From: Candidatus Latescibacterota bacterium
GTDB taxonomy: Bacteria; Latescibacterota; UBA2968; UBA8231
Direction of reading: 5' to 3'
Assembly: GCA_965197905.1 (NCBI GenBank)
Contig: CBDAOB010000004.1
Span: forward strand, 1,664,001 to 1,728,000
DNA: 64,000 bases
In this document: piece after piece, positions 27,765-37,156 of the stretch
Numbering within the stretch: the stretch's first letter is position 1
Layout: the number at the start of each line of letters is the position of its first letter
Made by a program: the position numbers and the translations under genes
The notes under the pieces: generated by a model
The model's database searches: none
Seen by the model: the letters and a program-made list of their open reading frames with translations, nothing else
Told to the model about the DNA's origin: nothing

Positions 27765-28005
27765 TCTGGCCCTCCAGACATCTGCCCAAGTTATTAGATA
27801 TATAAGAGATACACAAGCTCAAAGAGGTCGGCCTGCCCCTGCTTCGGTAGCGGGGTACGGCCGTTTCCTAGTCCTGTCGCCACGCCCCGCAGGCTTTGAT
27901 CGTACGGCCGCGGGGTGTTGTTTTTAATGTGGAGTTGGTGTCGGAATTGGAGCGTCCACCGATCGGGCCCGTTTGGCGGGAGCGGCGGTGAGCGCTCGCC
28001 GCTGG

Positions 28006-29172
28006 CTATCCAAGGGATGCGACGGTGTGCGGGGAGAGCCGGGCGTTATTGAACGCTTGAACCATCATGGCGCTTCCGGTATTTGCGAGGATTTCGGAGC
28101 GGGTGAATCGGGTCGATTCGTGGGCCATGTCGGCGTCGCGAATGCTGGAGTCGGACGATTGCAGGTTTTCGATCTCGTGTTCACTGTAAGACAGCGTAAA
28201 CCCAAGCCGATTCTGCAATGCCCCGAGTCTGCCGCGTTCGTCGCTGATCCGTCCAATGGCCTGGTCCACGAGCACAATGGTAGTACGCGCCGCCGATTGG
28301 CTGGTTATCGCCGCTTTCCCCAGGTTGAGGGTCGTGCTCGAGGCGCGCAGGTCCGGCAGGTCGAGAACCAAACGGTCAAAATCCTCGTTGTCAGGACCCA
28401 CCTGAAAGCTGCCGCCCACCCCTGCTTCGACCGCCAACGTGGTTCCATCGAGGGCGCCCGCCCGGTACTGACCCTCGCCGCCCGCAGACCCTCCGCTGAG
28501 GGTGATCTGCAGGCCGAGCCGGTCGAAGTTCACTCGCACCTTGACGCCCTCGGGAATGATACCCGCGTCCAGAATCGTCCCCAGATTGATCTGCTGGGAG
28601 TTTTCGCCGTCGCTCAGGTTTACGAAGGCATCTCCCGGCGAGTCGGTAAAGACATACGTTCCCGGCTCTGCACCGGAGACATTGTGACTTACAATGCCGG
28701 TTGCGGAGGCATTGATGAGCGCCGTCGATTCGTCGACGACCGCTTCGCCCTCGCCGGCCAGGAGAATGCGGCCGTTGTAGGTGGTTGCCTGTGCCAAGCG
28801 ATCGATATCGGAGCGTAGCTGATTGAACTCGGAATTCGCCACCTCGCGTTGGTCTGGGGTGAGAGTGCTGTCCGAGGCCATTACCGCTAGCTCTCGCATG
28901 TGCAAGAGCGCGCGGTTGGTGGCGTTCAACGAACCTTCGGCGACTTGCAGAAGGTTGGCCGCCTGCTCGACGTTGCTGATGTTCTGGTCGAGCCCGGCAA
29001 GGTCGGCGCGCAAGCCTTCCGATATAGCGACGCCGGACGCATCGTTGGATGCCCTTTTGACGCGAATACCCGACGACAAGGTTTCGACCTGGCGAATCGC
29101 CCGCGAACTCTGTCCAGATATGGCGTGTTGTACCGTGAGTGCCATGAGGTTGTTATTGGTGCGTAGAGTCAT
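28006..29172 (-). CDS. fliC: Flagellin
   Basis: LSSGIRV..ASNDASG.AISE N-terminal helix; RGRLGALQNRL and SSIRDADMA C-terminal helix. Confidence 0.9.
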   Translation of the reverse strand: MTLRTNNNLMALTVQHAISGQSSRAIRQVETLSSGIRVKRASNDASGVAISEGLRADLAGLDQNISNVEQAANLLQVAEGSLNATNRALLHMRELAVMASDSTLTPDQREVANSEFNQLRSDIDRLAQATTYNGRILLAGEGEAVVDESTALINASATGIVSHNVSGAEPGTYVFTDSPGDAFVNLSDGENSQQINLGTILDAGIIPEGVKVRVNFDRLGLQITLSGGSAGGEGQYRAGALDGTTLAVEAGVGGSFQVGPDNEDFDRLVLDLPDLRASSTTLNLGKAAITSQSAARTTIVLVDQAIGRISDERGRLGALQNRLGFTLSYSEHEIENLQSSDSSIRDADMAHESTRFTRSEILANTGSAMMVQAFNNARLSPHTVASLG

Positions 29173-29290
29173 CGTCTATTCCCCGCGTAACACGTAGTAT
29201 CAGATGAGACTTACTGATTGTTTGCAGACCGTTCGGCGCGGCGAATTCAAGGCTGCTGAGTGGTCTTCGGATCAACGTCTTCTTTCCCGT

Positions 29291-29317
29291 CTATCGGGCT
29301 CCGGGGGGAATGCTTTA
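29291..29317 (-). promoter_or_regulatory. Sigma28 (FliA) promoter
   Basis: Minus strand TAAA-N15-CCCGATAG versus consensus TAAA-N15-GCCGATAA, about 120 bp upstream of flagellin. Confidence 0.75.
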
Positions 29318-29411
29318 GTTTTTTCACCCACACTCGATTCTAGCGTGAGCGATAGGTGGCGCGGAGTCGGATAAGCCGATTTTTGATGGGCGGCAGGCGC
29401 CTAGAAGATTC

Positions 29412-30023
29412 TTAAACGGCCGCGCCAGGCGGAGTGAATTCTTTGATCTCGGTAGCCTCGTAGCGAAACAGCTCCACGGCGGGGTCGGTCCAGCGATCCG
29501 GAGAGGCGCCCTGCTTCAAACAGAGTTGGGTCAGGAAGTCCCGTGGATCCTCGTACTGTTGCCAAACGCGCGGCAGGAAGGTGGATCGTTGCCCAGAAAC
29601 CATCAGGATGACCCCGTCCCGATGGGGGACCAGTGCGGTTGCCCGCTCCACCCCTTCTTCTACTATGGCTTGGGGTTGGCCAATAATGGAGACGGAGACG
29701 CAAAGGGAGGGCAGTTCCTCCATCGTGACCGGAGCGAAGCGCGGGTCTTCGAGCGCTGCTTTGACCGCGCAGATACGAATGCCGCGATGCAACGGAAACC
29801 GCTTATCCAGTTCCCCAATGCAACCTCGTAGTCGGCCTTTTTTTTCTAGAGTTACAAACACCCCTCGGTAGAGCTGCAGCAAGGTGCGGCAGTGCCAGCC
29901 CGGGTCGAGCGCCGGTTCCGGTTCGCCTTTGAGTCTGGACTCAATCGCAGCGCGCGCGAGCCTCAGGACTTCGCGGCTCATGGGGGCGGTAATTGGTGGA
30001 TCGGCAGTCATTTGCTGCTGCAC
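29412..30023 (-). CDS. AMMECR1-domain protein (AmmeMemoRadiSam protein A)
   Basis: GVFVTL...LRGCIG, AALEDPRF, TFLP.VW, LCLK.G. Confidence 0.92.
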   Translation of the reverse strand: MQQQMTADPPITAPMSREVLRLARAAIESRLKGEPEPALDPGWHCRTLLQLYRGVFVTLEKKGRLRGCIGELDKRFPLHRGIRICAVKAALEDPRFAPVTMEELPSLCVSVSIIGQPQAIVEEGVERATALVPHRDGVILMVSGQRSTFLPRVWQQYEDPRDFLTQLCLKQGASPDRWTDPAVELFRYEATEIKEFTPPGAAV

Positions 30024-30218
30024 CTACGCGGGACGTGCCCCCCTGAACCAATCAGGGTCAGGCTCGGGTTTTCGGTAGTGAATACCATATGCTGTTGTTT
30101 TCCGCCCTGATGAATATTATATTGTTGTTCGGACCTAGTAGAACCACGTACATTTCCACCCGTTTCGTCGAGTGGTTCGCCACCGGACGACGCCCGGGTA
30201 TACCCTTGGGGAGTTATT

Positions 30219-31370
30219 ATGCCGTTAGGAAAAACACTCAAAGCGCTGCGCCAAAAACAAGGCCTCAATCAGAAGGGATTGTCCGGTTTGTCGGGTGTAT
30301 CTCAGGCGACGATCTCACGCATCGAAACCGGAAGAGTGCGACAGCTGCGCTCAAGCGCACTCAAGAACCTTGCCGACGCCCTCAGCGTCTCCGTCGATTT
30401 TCTCATGGGCGACAACGAGGTCTTTGCCCCGATACCTCAAGCCGGCGCCCACTCGCTGCTCGTCGGTAAAGAGGACCGTTTTCCACAGATTGCTGACTTC
30501 CTGGAACCGTTTGCGGTGCATGAGAACGGTCGTTTTCTCTACGTCAATCGATCGTTCGCCGAGCTCGTCGGGTACGACCGCGAGGAACTCCTCAGCAACG
30601 GCAACATCGAACGCATCGTGGCCCCGGAGTCCCGCACCCTGGTGCAACGGCTTTTTGCCAGCGGCATGGAAGATACCCGCGAAATTCTCCTCGTGCGCAG
30701 TGACCAGACCCTTTTTCCGGTTGAGTTAGCATCGCGAAACATGGCGGGCAACATTCAGTTGGCCATCGTCCGCAACATCTCGCAACGTCGCTGTCAGCAG
30801 GCTTCCGCGCGACTGCAGCAGGCGGGTCTGTCCATCGACGCCTTCGCCGACCTCGGCAAGGTGGTGCGCATGATGGCGGATGAACTCCAAGACACAGGCA
30901 TTCCGTTCGAGGTCGCGGAACTGCACATGATTGACGAGGAAACCCAGATCCTGACCAGCTGGACGGCTTACCCCGAATCAAAGGGGTATCAACTGTTTAC
31001 CGCATCCGAAGACCTCCCTGGTCTGCTCGGCGACTTGCCGCCTGTTCGCGGTCTGCTCAACCACTGGCGCCGGAGCAAGGTTTGGGAGCGGGAGGCAGAC
31101 GAGGCGTTTCAGCGCTCCCTCCTGCGGCGCGCGCCTAGCGGGCCGCCCTGCAGTCTAGGTACCGTGATCGATGTGCCCACGAGTCGAGGCAGCGTCTCGG
31201 TTGGCCTTGCGGCTGGAAAACCGGTGCGTAGCGCAGAGGTCGTCGATTGCTTGCATCAGCTGGCGGGGCCAATCGATTCGATCGTTGGCAAGCTGCGGCA
31301 GGTTGAAACGGTACGCCAGCAGCTACAGTCGCTTGAGGCGACTCCGACACAGAAGTTGCGCACGGCATAA
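30219..31370 (+). CDS. XRE-family HTH regulator with PAS and GAF-like C-terminal region
   Basis: LRQKQGLNQ..LS..SGVSQATISRIETG HTH; YVNRSFAELVGY PAS signature. Confidence 0.85.
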   Translation: MPLGKTLKALRQKQGLNQKGLSGLSGVSQATISRIETGRVRQLRSSALKNLADALSVSVDFLMGDNEVFAPIPQAGAHSLLVGKEDRFPQIADFLEPFAVHENGRFLYVNRSFAELVGYDREELLSNGNIERIVAPESRTLVQRLFASGMEDTREILLVRSDQTLFPVELASRNMAGNIQLAIVRNISQRRCQQASARLQQAGLSIDAFADLGKVVRMMADELQDTGIPFEVAELHMIDEETQILTSWTAYPESKGYQLFTASEDLPGLLGDLPPVRGLLNHWRRSKVWEREADEAFQRSLLRRAPSGPPCSLGTVIDVPTSRGSVSVGLAAGKPVRSAEVVDCLHQLAGPIDSIVGKLRQVETVRQQLQSLEATPTQKLRTA

Positions 31371-31494
31371 AAAGGCTAACCGGAATCTTCGTTTATTGTT
31401 ATTTTTAATTGAGTTGTAGAAACGATAGGGGCAGCCAGCGGTGCTGCCACCCCACCTCCCTTTCGCCCCTTGACATCCACAGGAGTTCGACCAC

Positions 31495-31773
31495 GTGGCA
31501 CTGGGTCTCTATCGTTGCGCCTGCGGCAAGAAGTACAAGATCTACATGCCCAAACACAAGCTATTTGGCGAGATCGTCAGTCGCGCCGTCGACTGGTTTG
31601 CCGTGGACGCTAGAGAGGAAGCAGAAGGTGAAGTGGAAGACGTGAAACGGTTAGCCCACATGAGTCGCTGCACCTACGTGGATGGCGGCAGCACAGAGCG
31701 GCTCACCTGTACCGAGTGCGCCCAGGAGATTGACTTGAAAACCCATTTTCGCTCGCATCTGGTCAAGATCTAA
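31495..31773 (+). CDS. Small Cys-rich (putative Zn-binding) hypothetical protein
   Basis: AGGAG SD, GTG start, CACG...CTEC. Confidence 0.7.
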   Translation: MALGLYRCACGKKYKIYMPKHKLFGEIVSRAVDWFAVDAREEAEGEVEDVKRLAHMSRCTYVDGGSTERLTCTECAQEIDLKTHFRSHLVKI

Positions 31774-31815
31774 GCCGCCTAGCGTTCGCCCCTCCCGTTG
31801 CCCCGCAGGCGACCC

Positions 31816-33225
31816 CTACACCGAGTCGCTGTCCGACACGCTGTCGAGCTTGTTGAGCCCGTTCAACGCGGCAATGCGAAACCCTTCCGAAAATGTGGGA
31901 TAGTTAAAAATGGCGTCGATGAAGTAGTCGACCCGAACTCTGAAATCGATCGCCATCTGGCCGATCGGAATCAGCTCTGTGGCGTTGGTGCCGATGATGT
32001 GGACCGAGAGAACCTCCCGCGTCTCGGCGTGAAATATGATTTTTATCAAGCCGGTTGTATCCCCGGCAATGGGGCCGCGCGCCACCTCATCGTACTCGGC
32101 TCTTCCCACCACGTAGTGCACACCCTTCTTTTGCAGCTCCTCCTCCGTTGGACCGACGCTGGAAATCTCGGGAATGGTATAGATTCCATACGGAAAAAAC
32201 TCGGGGAAGTGGTGACTTTTCAACATGAACGCGTTGCGCACCGCCAACCTGCCTTGCTCCACCGAGGTTGAGGCCAGTCCCGGCGGACCGATAACGTCGC
32301 CGGCGGCGTAGATTGTGGCGCAATCGGTCTGAAACAGAGCGTTGACCGGAACGTTCCCCATTTTGTTCAGGCTGATGCCGGCGCCCTCCAGATTCATGCC
32401 TTCGACGTTGGCCACGCGCCCCATCGAATAGAAGCAACGATCCGCCCGAATCGAACCCCCATCCGACAGCGCGATCTCTGCGGCACCATTGTCCGCCTTC
32501 CGTAGCTCGTCGATCTTGGTGCCCAAGCGGATGTCGACGCCGATTTCTTCGATGTACTGGCGGAACCGATCCCCCACCTCCACGTCGACCATGCGCAACA
32601 CTTCGTCTCGCCGGTCGACCAGGAGCACTTTCACCCCCAGCGCGGCAAACATGGTGGCGTATTCGCAGCCGATGATTCCGGCGCCCAGGACGAGGATCGA
32701 TTTCGGCAGGTCCGGCATGCGGAAGACCTCGTCCGAATCCATGAAGAGATGGGGTTCCTCGGGTATGTCGATCGGATGGCGCGGCCGGGATCCGGTGGCG
32801 ATGAGCGCAAACTGACATTCGATCTGACAGTTCGGTTGCTCATTCTCGTCGAGAATTTCGATAACGTGCTCGTTGCGAAAACGTGCCGTTCCGTAAACGA
32901 CCTCAACGCCGTTTCCTTCGCACTGGTTCTGCAACATGCCGTTTTGATCCTCGATCACCTTATTGATCCGAAAGGTCAAATCGGACATGGAGACTTTGCG
33001 GTGCTCATGGCCGAAATAAGCTGACTGAAGAAATCCCGTCAGGTCCAGAATGGCACGCCGCAAAGCCTTGGAAGGAATGGTTCCATGGTGCAAACAATGG
33101 CCCCCCAGCAAACCCATGCGGTCAACCAGCACCACTTTCTTGCCGGCTTTGGTGCCCTGTATGGCCCCCTTTTGGCCCGCAGGACCTGCTCCTATGACAA
33201 CCAAATCCGCTTCAATCGACTGCAT
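31816..33225 (-). CDS. sthA: Soluble pyridine nucleotide transhydrogenase
   Basis: GAGPAG, C.HHGTIPSKALR (CxxxxT rather than CxxxxC), GIYTIPEIS, FNYPT. Confidence 0.92.
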   Translation of the reverse strand: MQSIEADLVVIGAGPAGQKGAIQGTKAGKKVVLVDRMGLLGGHCLHHGTIPSKALRRAILDLTGFLQSAYFGHEHRKVSMSDLTFRINKVIEDQNGMLQNQCEGNGVEVVYGTARFRNEHVIEILDENEQPNCQIECQFALIATGSRPRHPIDIPEEPHLFMDSDEVFRMPDLPKSILVLGAGIIGCEYATMFAALGVKVLLVDRRDEVLRMVDVEVGDRFRQYIEEIGVDIRLGTKIDELRKADNGAAEIALSDGGSIRADRCFYSMGRVANVEGMNLEGAGISLNKMGNVPVNALFQTDCATIYAAGDVIGPPGLASTSVEQGRLAVRNAFMLKSHHFPEFFPYGIYTIPEISSVGPTEEELQKKGVHYVVGRAEYDEVARGPIAGDTTGLIKIIFHAETREVLSVHIIGTNATELIPIGQMAIDFRVRVDYFIDAIFNYPTFSEGFRIAALNGLNKLDSVSDSDSV

Positions 33226-33300
33226 CTTTTCTTGCTCCCCTATATGCTCCTGCTTGCTCCTCTGCTCCCCGGCCTGGCCTGGTCTAGAGATGCTCCGGCT

Positions 33301-34620
33301 TTAATGCATCTGAGCCGCCAGGTCATTGGCTTCGACTTCCAGCGCGGCCAGAACGGTCGCCACATCCGCTCCGTCTGCCGTTTCTACAATGGCGTCCGTA
33401 ATCAGTTTTCGAACCGCCTCGTAGCTAATCACCGTCGGTTCGGACTTGCCGTAGGTCAATAGGCGGTAGGCGCGCTCGTAATTCGGGTTTTCGGCGAAGT
33501 AGTCGCCGAGCTCCTTGGCGGTGCTCTTGCGGACAGGAAAATAATTACTCGCTCTCACCCACCGCGCCTGCTGCTGAGGTTCGGTAAACCATTTTAAGAA
33601 CAGCCAGGCTGCCAGTTGCTGCGGCGGGGTCGTTCGACAGATCGAAATGCTGGCGCCGTAAACGTTGACCACGGGGCGATCGCCGTCGAACGGGGGCGCG
33701 GCGACGCGCCAATCGAATCCCTCTCCCGATTCCACGCCGCTCTTGACAAACGGTAGGCCGGAGGAGCTGCGCAAGGCGAACAGAACGGTGCCGACGCTGA
33801 ATTCCGTGGTATCCCCATAGCGCTCGCTCAGCAATTCGACACACCTCTCTCCGATGAGCTCTTGCATGAGCTCTAGCGACGCGCGGAGCTCAGGAGTGTT
33901 GAGGGTGTAGGTCGTCCCGTCCGCGGATATGAAGTCGCCTCCGCGGCTCATGGTCATGCTCGCGGCCCGACTGGCGTCGGTATCGAGCAAGAAACCGAGG
34001 CTACGGTTGGGGGTGTGCGAGCGACTGAACGGCTGCGAACGGGCTTTGCGGCAAAGCACGGCAAACTGCGCCCAGGTGCGCGGTGGCTCCGAGCGTCCCA
34101 GCTCCTGCAACCAGTCCTGATTGTAATAGAGCACCTCCATGGACCGGTTGGGGGGAAACCCGATCTGCACGCCACCGATCTCGTCCTGCTCTAGAAACGC
34201 CTGGAGGTAGTCGGTGTTGGCCGCGGGTGACAGCCCCCACCTGCGTGAGTTCATGTACGGTTTGATGTCCACCAGACCGTCGGCCCGGTGATACGCCTGC
34301 GCCTGGTTTTGGTAGGCGACAACCAACTCGGGCAGCTCTCCCCCCTGCAGCCCCACCACCATTTTGTTGTAGATGTCGGAGTAGGCGCCGGCGTACTCTC
34401 CCTTCACCGTGATCTGGTAGTCGTTGGTGCGGTTGAACTCGGCGATCATGTCTAGCAGGGCTTCCTCGCGCATGCGCGTGTGCTGGTACCAGAAAACTAC
34501 CTCTTGCCCCGTCGGATCGACCGCTTCCAGGTTGACGACGGGCATCTCAATGCGCTGCGCATCCCCGCATCCACCCAACCACAGGGCAATGATGAAAGGG
34601 CCGATCAGCTTGGAAAACAA
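33301..34620 (-). CDS. Carbohydrate ABC transporter substrate-binding lipoprotein
   Basis: LGGC lipobox, LYYNQD, AAWLFLKW. TTG start inferred. Confidence 0.88.
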   Translation of the reverse strand: MFSKLIGPFIIALWLGGCGDAQRIEMPVVNLEAVDPTGQEVVFWYQHTRMREEALLDMIAEFNRTNDYQITVKGEYAGAYSDIYNKMVVGLQGGELPELVVAYQNQAQAYHRADGLVDIKPYMNSRRWGLSPAANTDYLQAFLEQDEIGGVQIGFPPNRSMEVLYYNQDWLQELGRSEPPRTWAQFAVLCRKARSQPFSRSHTPNRSLGFLLDTDASRAASMTMSRGGDFISADGTTYTLNTPELRASLELMQELIGERCVELLSERYGDTTEFSVGTVLFALRSSSGLPFVKSGVESGEGFDWRVAAPPFDGDRPVVNVYGASISICRTTPPQQLAAWLFLKWFTEPQQQARWVRASNYFPVRKSTAKELGDYFAENPNYERAYRLLTYGKSEPTVISYEAVRKLITDAIVETADGADVATVLAALEVEANDLAAQMH

Positions 34621-34625
34621 CGGCT

Positions 34626-35471
34626 TTACCCTTTCAGACCGGACATCGAGATTCCTTCCGTGAACTCCTTCTGAATCAAGAAGTAGGCCGCCAGTACCGG
34701 CAAGGTGGCGATAACCGCCCCAGCCATTTGTAGATGCACCTCCGGCCCGGCTTCGCTGACAAACTGCTGCAGTCCCACCGATATGGGTCGCCAGTCCGGC
34801 GTGTTGGTAACCAACAACGGCCAGGCCAGTGAATTCCACGAACCAATAAAGGTGAACATGGCGACGGTCAGCAAGGGGGCGCGGCACAAGGGGAGCACGA
34901 TCTGGAAGAGAAACCGAAGGTGGCCCGCCCCGTCGATGCGGGCCGCATCCCACAAATCATTGGGAATGTTGCGCAGGAACTGGCGCAACAGAAAGATGCT
35001 GAAAGCGCTGGTCATGAAAGGAATCGTCAACGCCGGCCAGCTGTTCAACCAGGCGATGGGAGAGTTGCGATGCAGCCACGACACGGTGAGAAAGTTCGGC
35101 ACCATGGTCACGGTTTCGGGGATCATCAACGTGGCCAGAATCGCCGCAAATATCAGATCCCGTCCGGGAAAGCTCATGCGGGCAAGGGGGTAGGCAGCCA
35201 AAAGCGAAAACAGAAGGGTGCCGCCCACCTGGATCGCGGCGATGATCAGGGAATTCTGGAAATACAGACCGAAGTCCGCTTCTCTCCAGGCTTGGACGTA
35301 ATTGCCCCACTGGACGGTCTCGGGGGCAAGCACGCGGCGCATGGTTTCGCCTTGGGTCATAAACGATGCTAGCAGCATCCACAGGAAAGGGAACGCGGCG
35401 GCAAGGCCACCCGTTGCCAGGGTGGCGTAGATCGTCCACCTGCGGCGGCGGTTTTTTACGTCACTCGCCAT
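34626..35471 (-). CDS. Carbohydrate ABC transporter permease
   Basis: EAA-type loop DAARIDGAG; multiple TM segments. Confidence 0.92.
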   Translation of the reverse strand: MASDVKNRRRRWTIYATLATGGLAAAFPFLWMLLASFMTQGETMRRVLAPETVQWGNYVQAWREADFGLYFQNSLIIAAIQVGGTLLFSLLAAYPLARMSFPGRDLIFAAILATLMIPETVTMVPNFLTVSWLHRNSPIAWLNSWPALTIPFMTSAFSIFLLRQFLRNIPNDLWDAARIDGAGHLRFLFQIVLPLCRAPLLTVAMFTFIGSWNSLAWPLLVTNTPDWRPISVGLQQFVSEAGPEVHLQMAGAVIATLPVLAAYFLIQKEFTEGISMSGLKG

Positions 35472-36600
35472 AGAATACCCGTGCTCCCAGCAGGCGATTC
35501 TGCGCCAGCGTGAGACCGAGAATCACCACAAACAGCACAAACGCCATCGCCGCGGCATACCCGGCGTTGTGGTACTCGAAGATCTGATCGAACACCGCGA
35601 CGCTGAGAACATCGGTGGTGTCTCGAGCTCCCGCGGTGCGCATGATGTAGATATGGTTGAACGCCTTGAAGGTGCCGATCACCGCCACCATCGACAGAAA
35701 AAACAGGATGGGAGAGACCAGCGGCAATGTTATATGGCGGAACACCTGTCCCGGACTGGCTCCGTCGATCTCGGCCGCTTCGTAATAGTGCCGTGGGATG
35801 GCGCTCAGGCCAGCCAGCAGGATCACCGTGTCGTAGCCGATGTAAACCCAGATGTTGTAGAGGATGATGGAGACCAGAGCCAAACTCGGAAACCAGTCGT
35901 CGACCCAGGGTGGATAGGCAAGATCCAGACCGCTCAGAATCAACGCCACCACCGACTTGCTTTCGTAGAGCCAGCGCTGGTTCTCCATGCCGAACCAAGC
36001 CCAAAACCGGTTAGCCCACGACGAAGGGTGCGGACTGAAAATGGTGCGAAAAACCACCGCCGTAGCGATGGTGGGGGTGACATACGGCAAGAAAAAGAGC
36101 ACGCGAAAGAACCCTTTCGAGCGCAGGCTTTTCATGAGCAAATATGCCAATGACATGGAGATGGCAAGCTCGGCCGGGATCGTACCCAGAACATAGAATA
36201 CGGTTACCTTGAACCCGTTGTACATCCGGTGATCCCCGGTCTCCACCATGCCGCCCAAACCCACAGCAACAGACAGCCAAATAGCAAAAATCGCAAGTGG
36301 GATCGCGGCTACGTAGCGCCACCGCTTCGCCCTCAGCGTGGACGGGTCGTGGTGGGTGTAGAGGCGTAACGCTCCCCAGGCCGCACCGAGACCAAGTAGA
36401 AAACAGAGGACGTAGACCGGATCGCCCAAGGCGCGAGCGAAATTTCCAAAACCGATGAGCTCTTCTTTGCGAATACGCCAACGATGCAATCCGACGTAGA
36501 CCGCGTACGCGATGGGGAAGAGGCCGAAGGCGAGAAGAATGATGACGGCCGGGGCGAGGAAGCCGAACGCGGCGAACGAGTCCCCGGATTTAGGGCGCAT
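35461..36600 (-). CDS. Carbohydrate ABC transporter permease
   Basis: YEAAEIDGA..FRHITLPL; multiple TM segments. Confidence 0.92.
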   Translation of the reverse strand: MRPKSGDSFAAFGFLAPAVIILLAFGLFPIAYAVYVGLHRWRIRKEELIGFGNFARALGDPVYVLCFLLGLGAAWGALRLYTHHDPSTLRAKRWRYVAAIPLAIFAIWLSVAVGLGGMVETGDHRMYNGFKVTVFYVLGTIPAELAISMSLAYLLMKSLRSKGFFRVLFFLPYVTPTIATAVVFRTIFSPHPSSWANRFWAWFGMENQRWLYESKSVVALILSGLDLAYPPWVDDWFPSLALVSIILYNIWVYIGYDTVILLAGLSAIPRHYYEAAEIDGASPGQVFRHITLPLVSPILFFLSMVAVIGTFKAFNHIYIMRTAGARDTTDVLSVAVFDQIFEYHNAGYAAAMAFVLFVVILGLTLAQNRLLGARVFYGE

Positions 36601-36783
36601 AGGGCAGGGTTGCAGGTCTCGTCGGCGGGAGAATGTTGTTTCGCGACTCGCTCTTGTCTAGTCGGCAGCGACCGCTTCGATGGTTAGCGGTACCTTCACC
36701 TCGTCCTCGACGATTCTGGCTGGATCGGTCCGCTAACCCTTTATCGCAACGTCGGGGACCCTTCGTGCGCGGCGTACGAAGAA

Positions 36784-36815
36784 TGTCCTCCGGAACATCG
36801 CTGTTCCGGAGGACA
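36784..36815 (-). terminator. Terminator hairpin of tRNA cluster
   Basis: Perfect 14-bp stem TGTCCTCCGGAACA/TGTTCCGGAGGACA, followed by TTCTT on the minus strand. Confidence 0.75.
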
Positions 36816-36821
36816 ACAGAT

Positions 36822-36895
36822 TGGCTGCGCCCCAGGGATTCGAACCCCGATAACATGATCCAGAGCCATGTGTCCTACCATTGAACGAGGGCGCA
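36822..36895 (-). tRNA. tRNA-Gln(CTG)
   Basis: Cloverleaf, anticodon loop CT-CTG-GA, GTTCGAATC, encoded CCA. Confidence 0.95.
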
Positions 36896-36904
36896 GCTCG
36901 TTTG

Positions 36905-36997
<93 letters not shown>

Positions 36998-37021
36998 GTA
37001 AGTGCGAACCGGGTGCTCAAC

Positions 37022-37108
37022 TGGCGGAGGGTGAGGGACTCGAACCCTCAAGGGCGTGAGCCCGGCGGTTTTCAAGACCGCTGCCTTACCAATTAGGTCT
37101 AACCCTCC
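37022..37108 (-). tRNA. tRNA-Ser(TGA)
   Basis: Loop CT-TGA-AA, long variable arm, CCA. Confidence 0.95.
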
Positions 37109-37127
37109 TCAAAGACTAGGTTTACAA

Positions 37128-37156
37128 AATATACAAGGGCGGATTTTGAGCGTCAA
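37128..37156 (-). promoter_or_regulatory. Sigma70 promoter of tRNA cluster
   Basis: TTGACG-N17-TATATT with extended TG, overlapping the gyrA stop. Confidence 0.7.

Noticed and set aside
27840..27865. GGTAGCGGGGT resembling the 3' end of a c-di-GMP-I riboswitch
   Set aside because: The 5' GGCAAAC/GNRA elements are absent, the motif pairs locally, and no plus-strand gene follows.
31395..31430. Sigma28-like AACGATAG upstream of the Cys-rich ORF
   Set aside because: No TAAA at the correct 15-nt spacing.
36671..36738. Inverted repeat GGTTAGCGG/CCGCTAACC with an alternative hairpin upstream of the sugar ABC operon
   Set aside because: Short stems in GC-rich DNA and no recognisable riboswitch motif.
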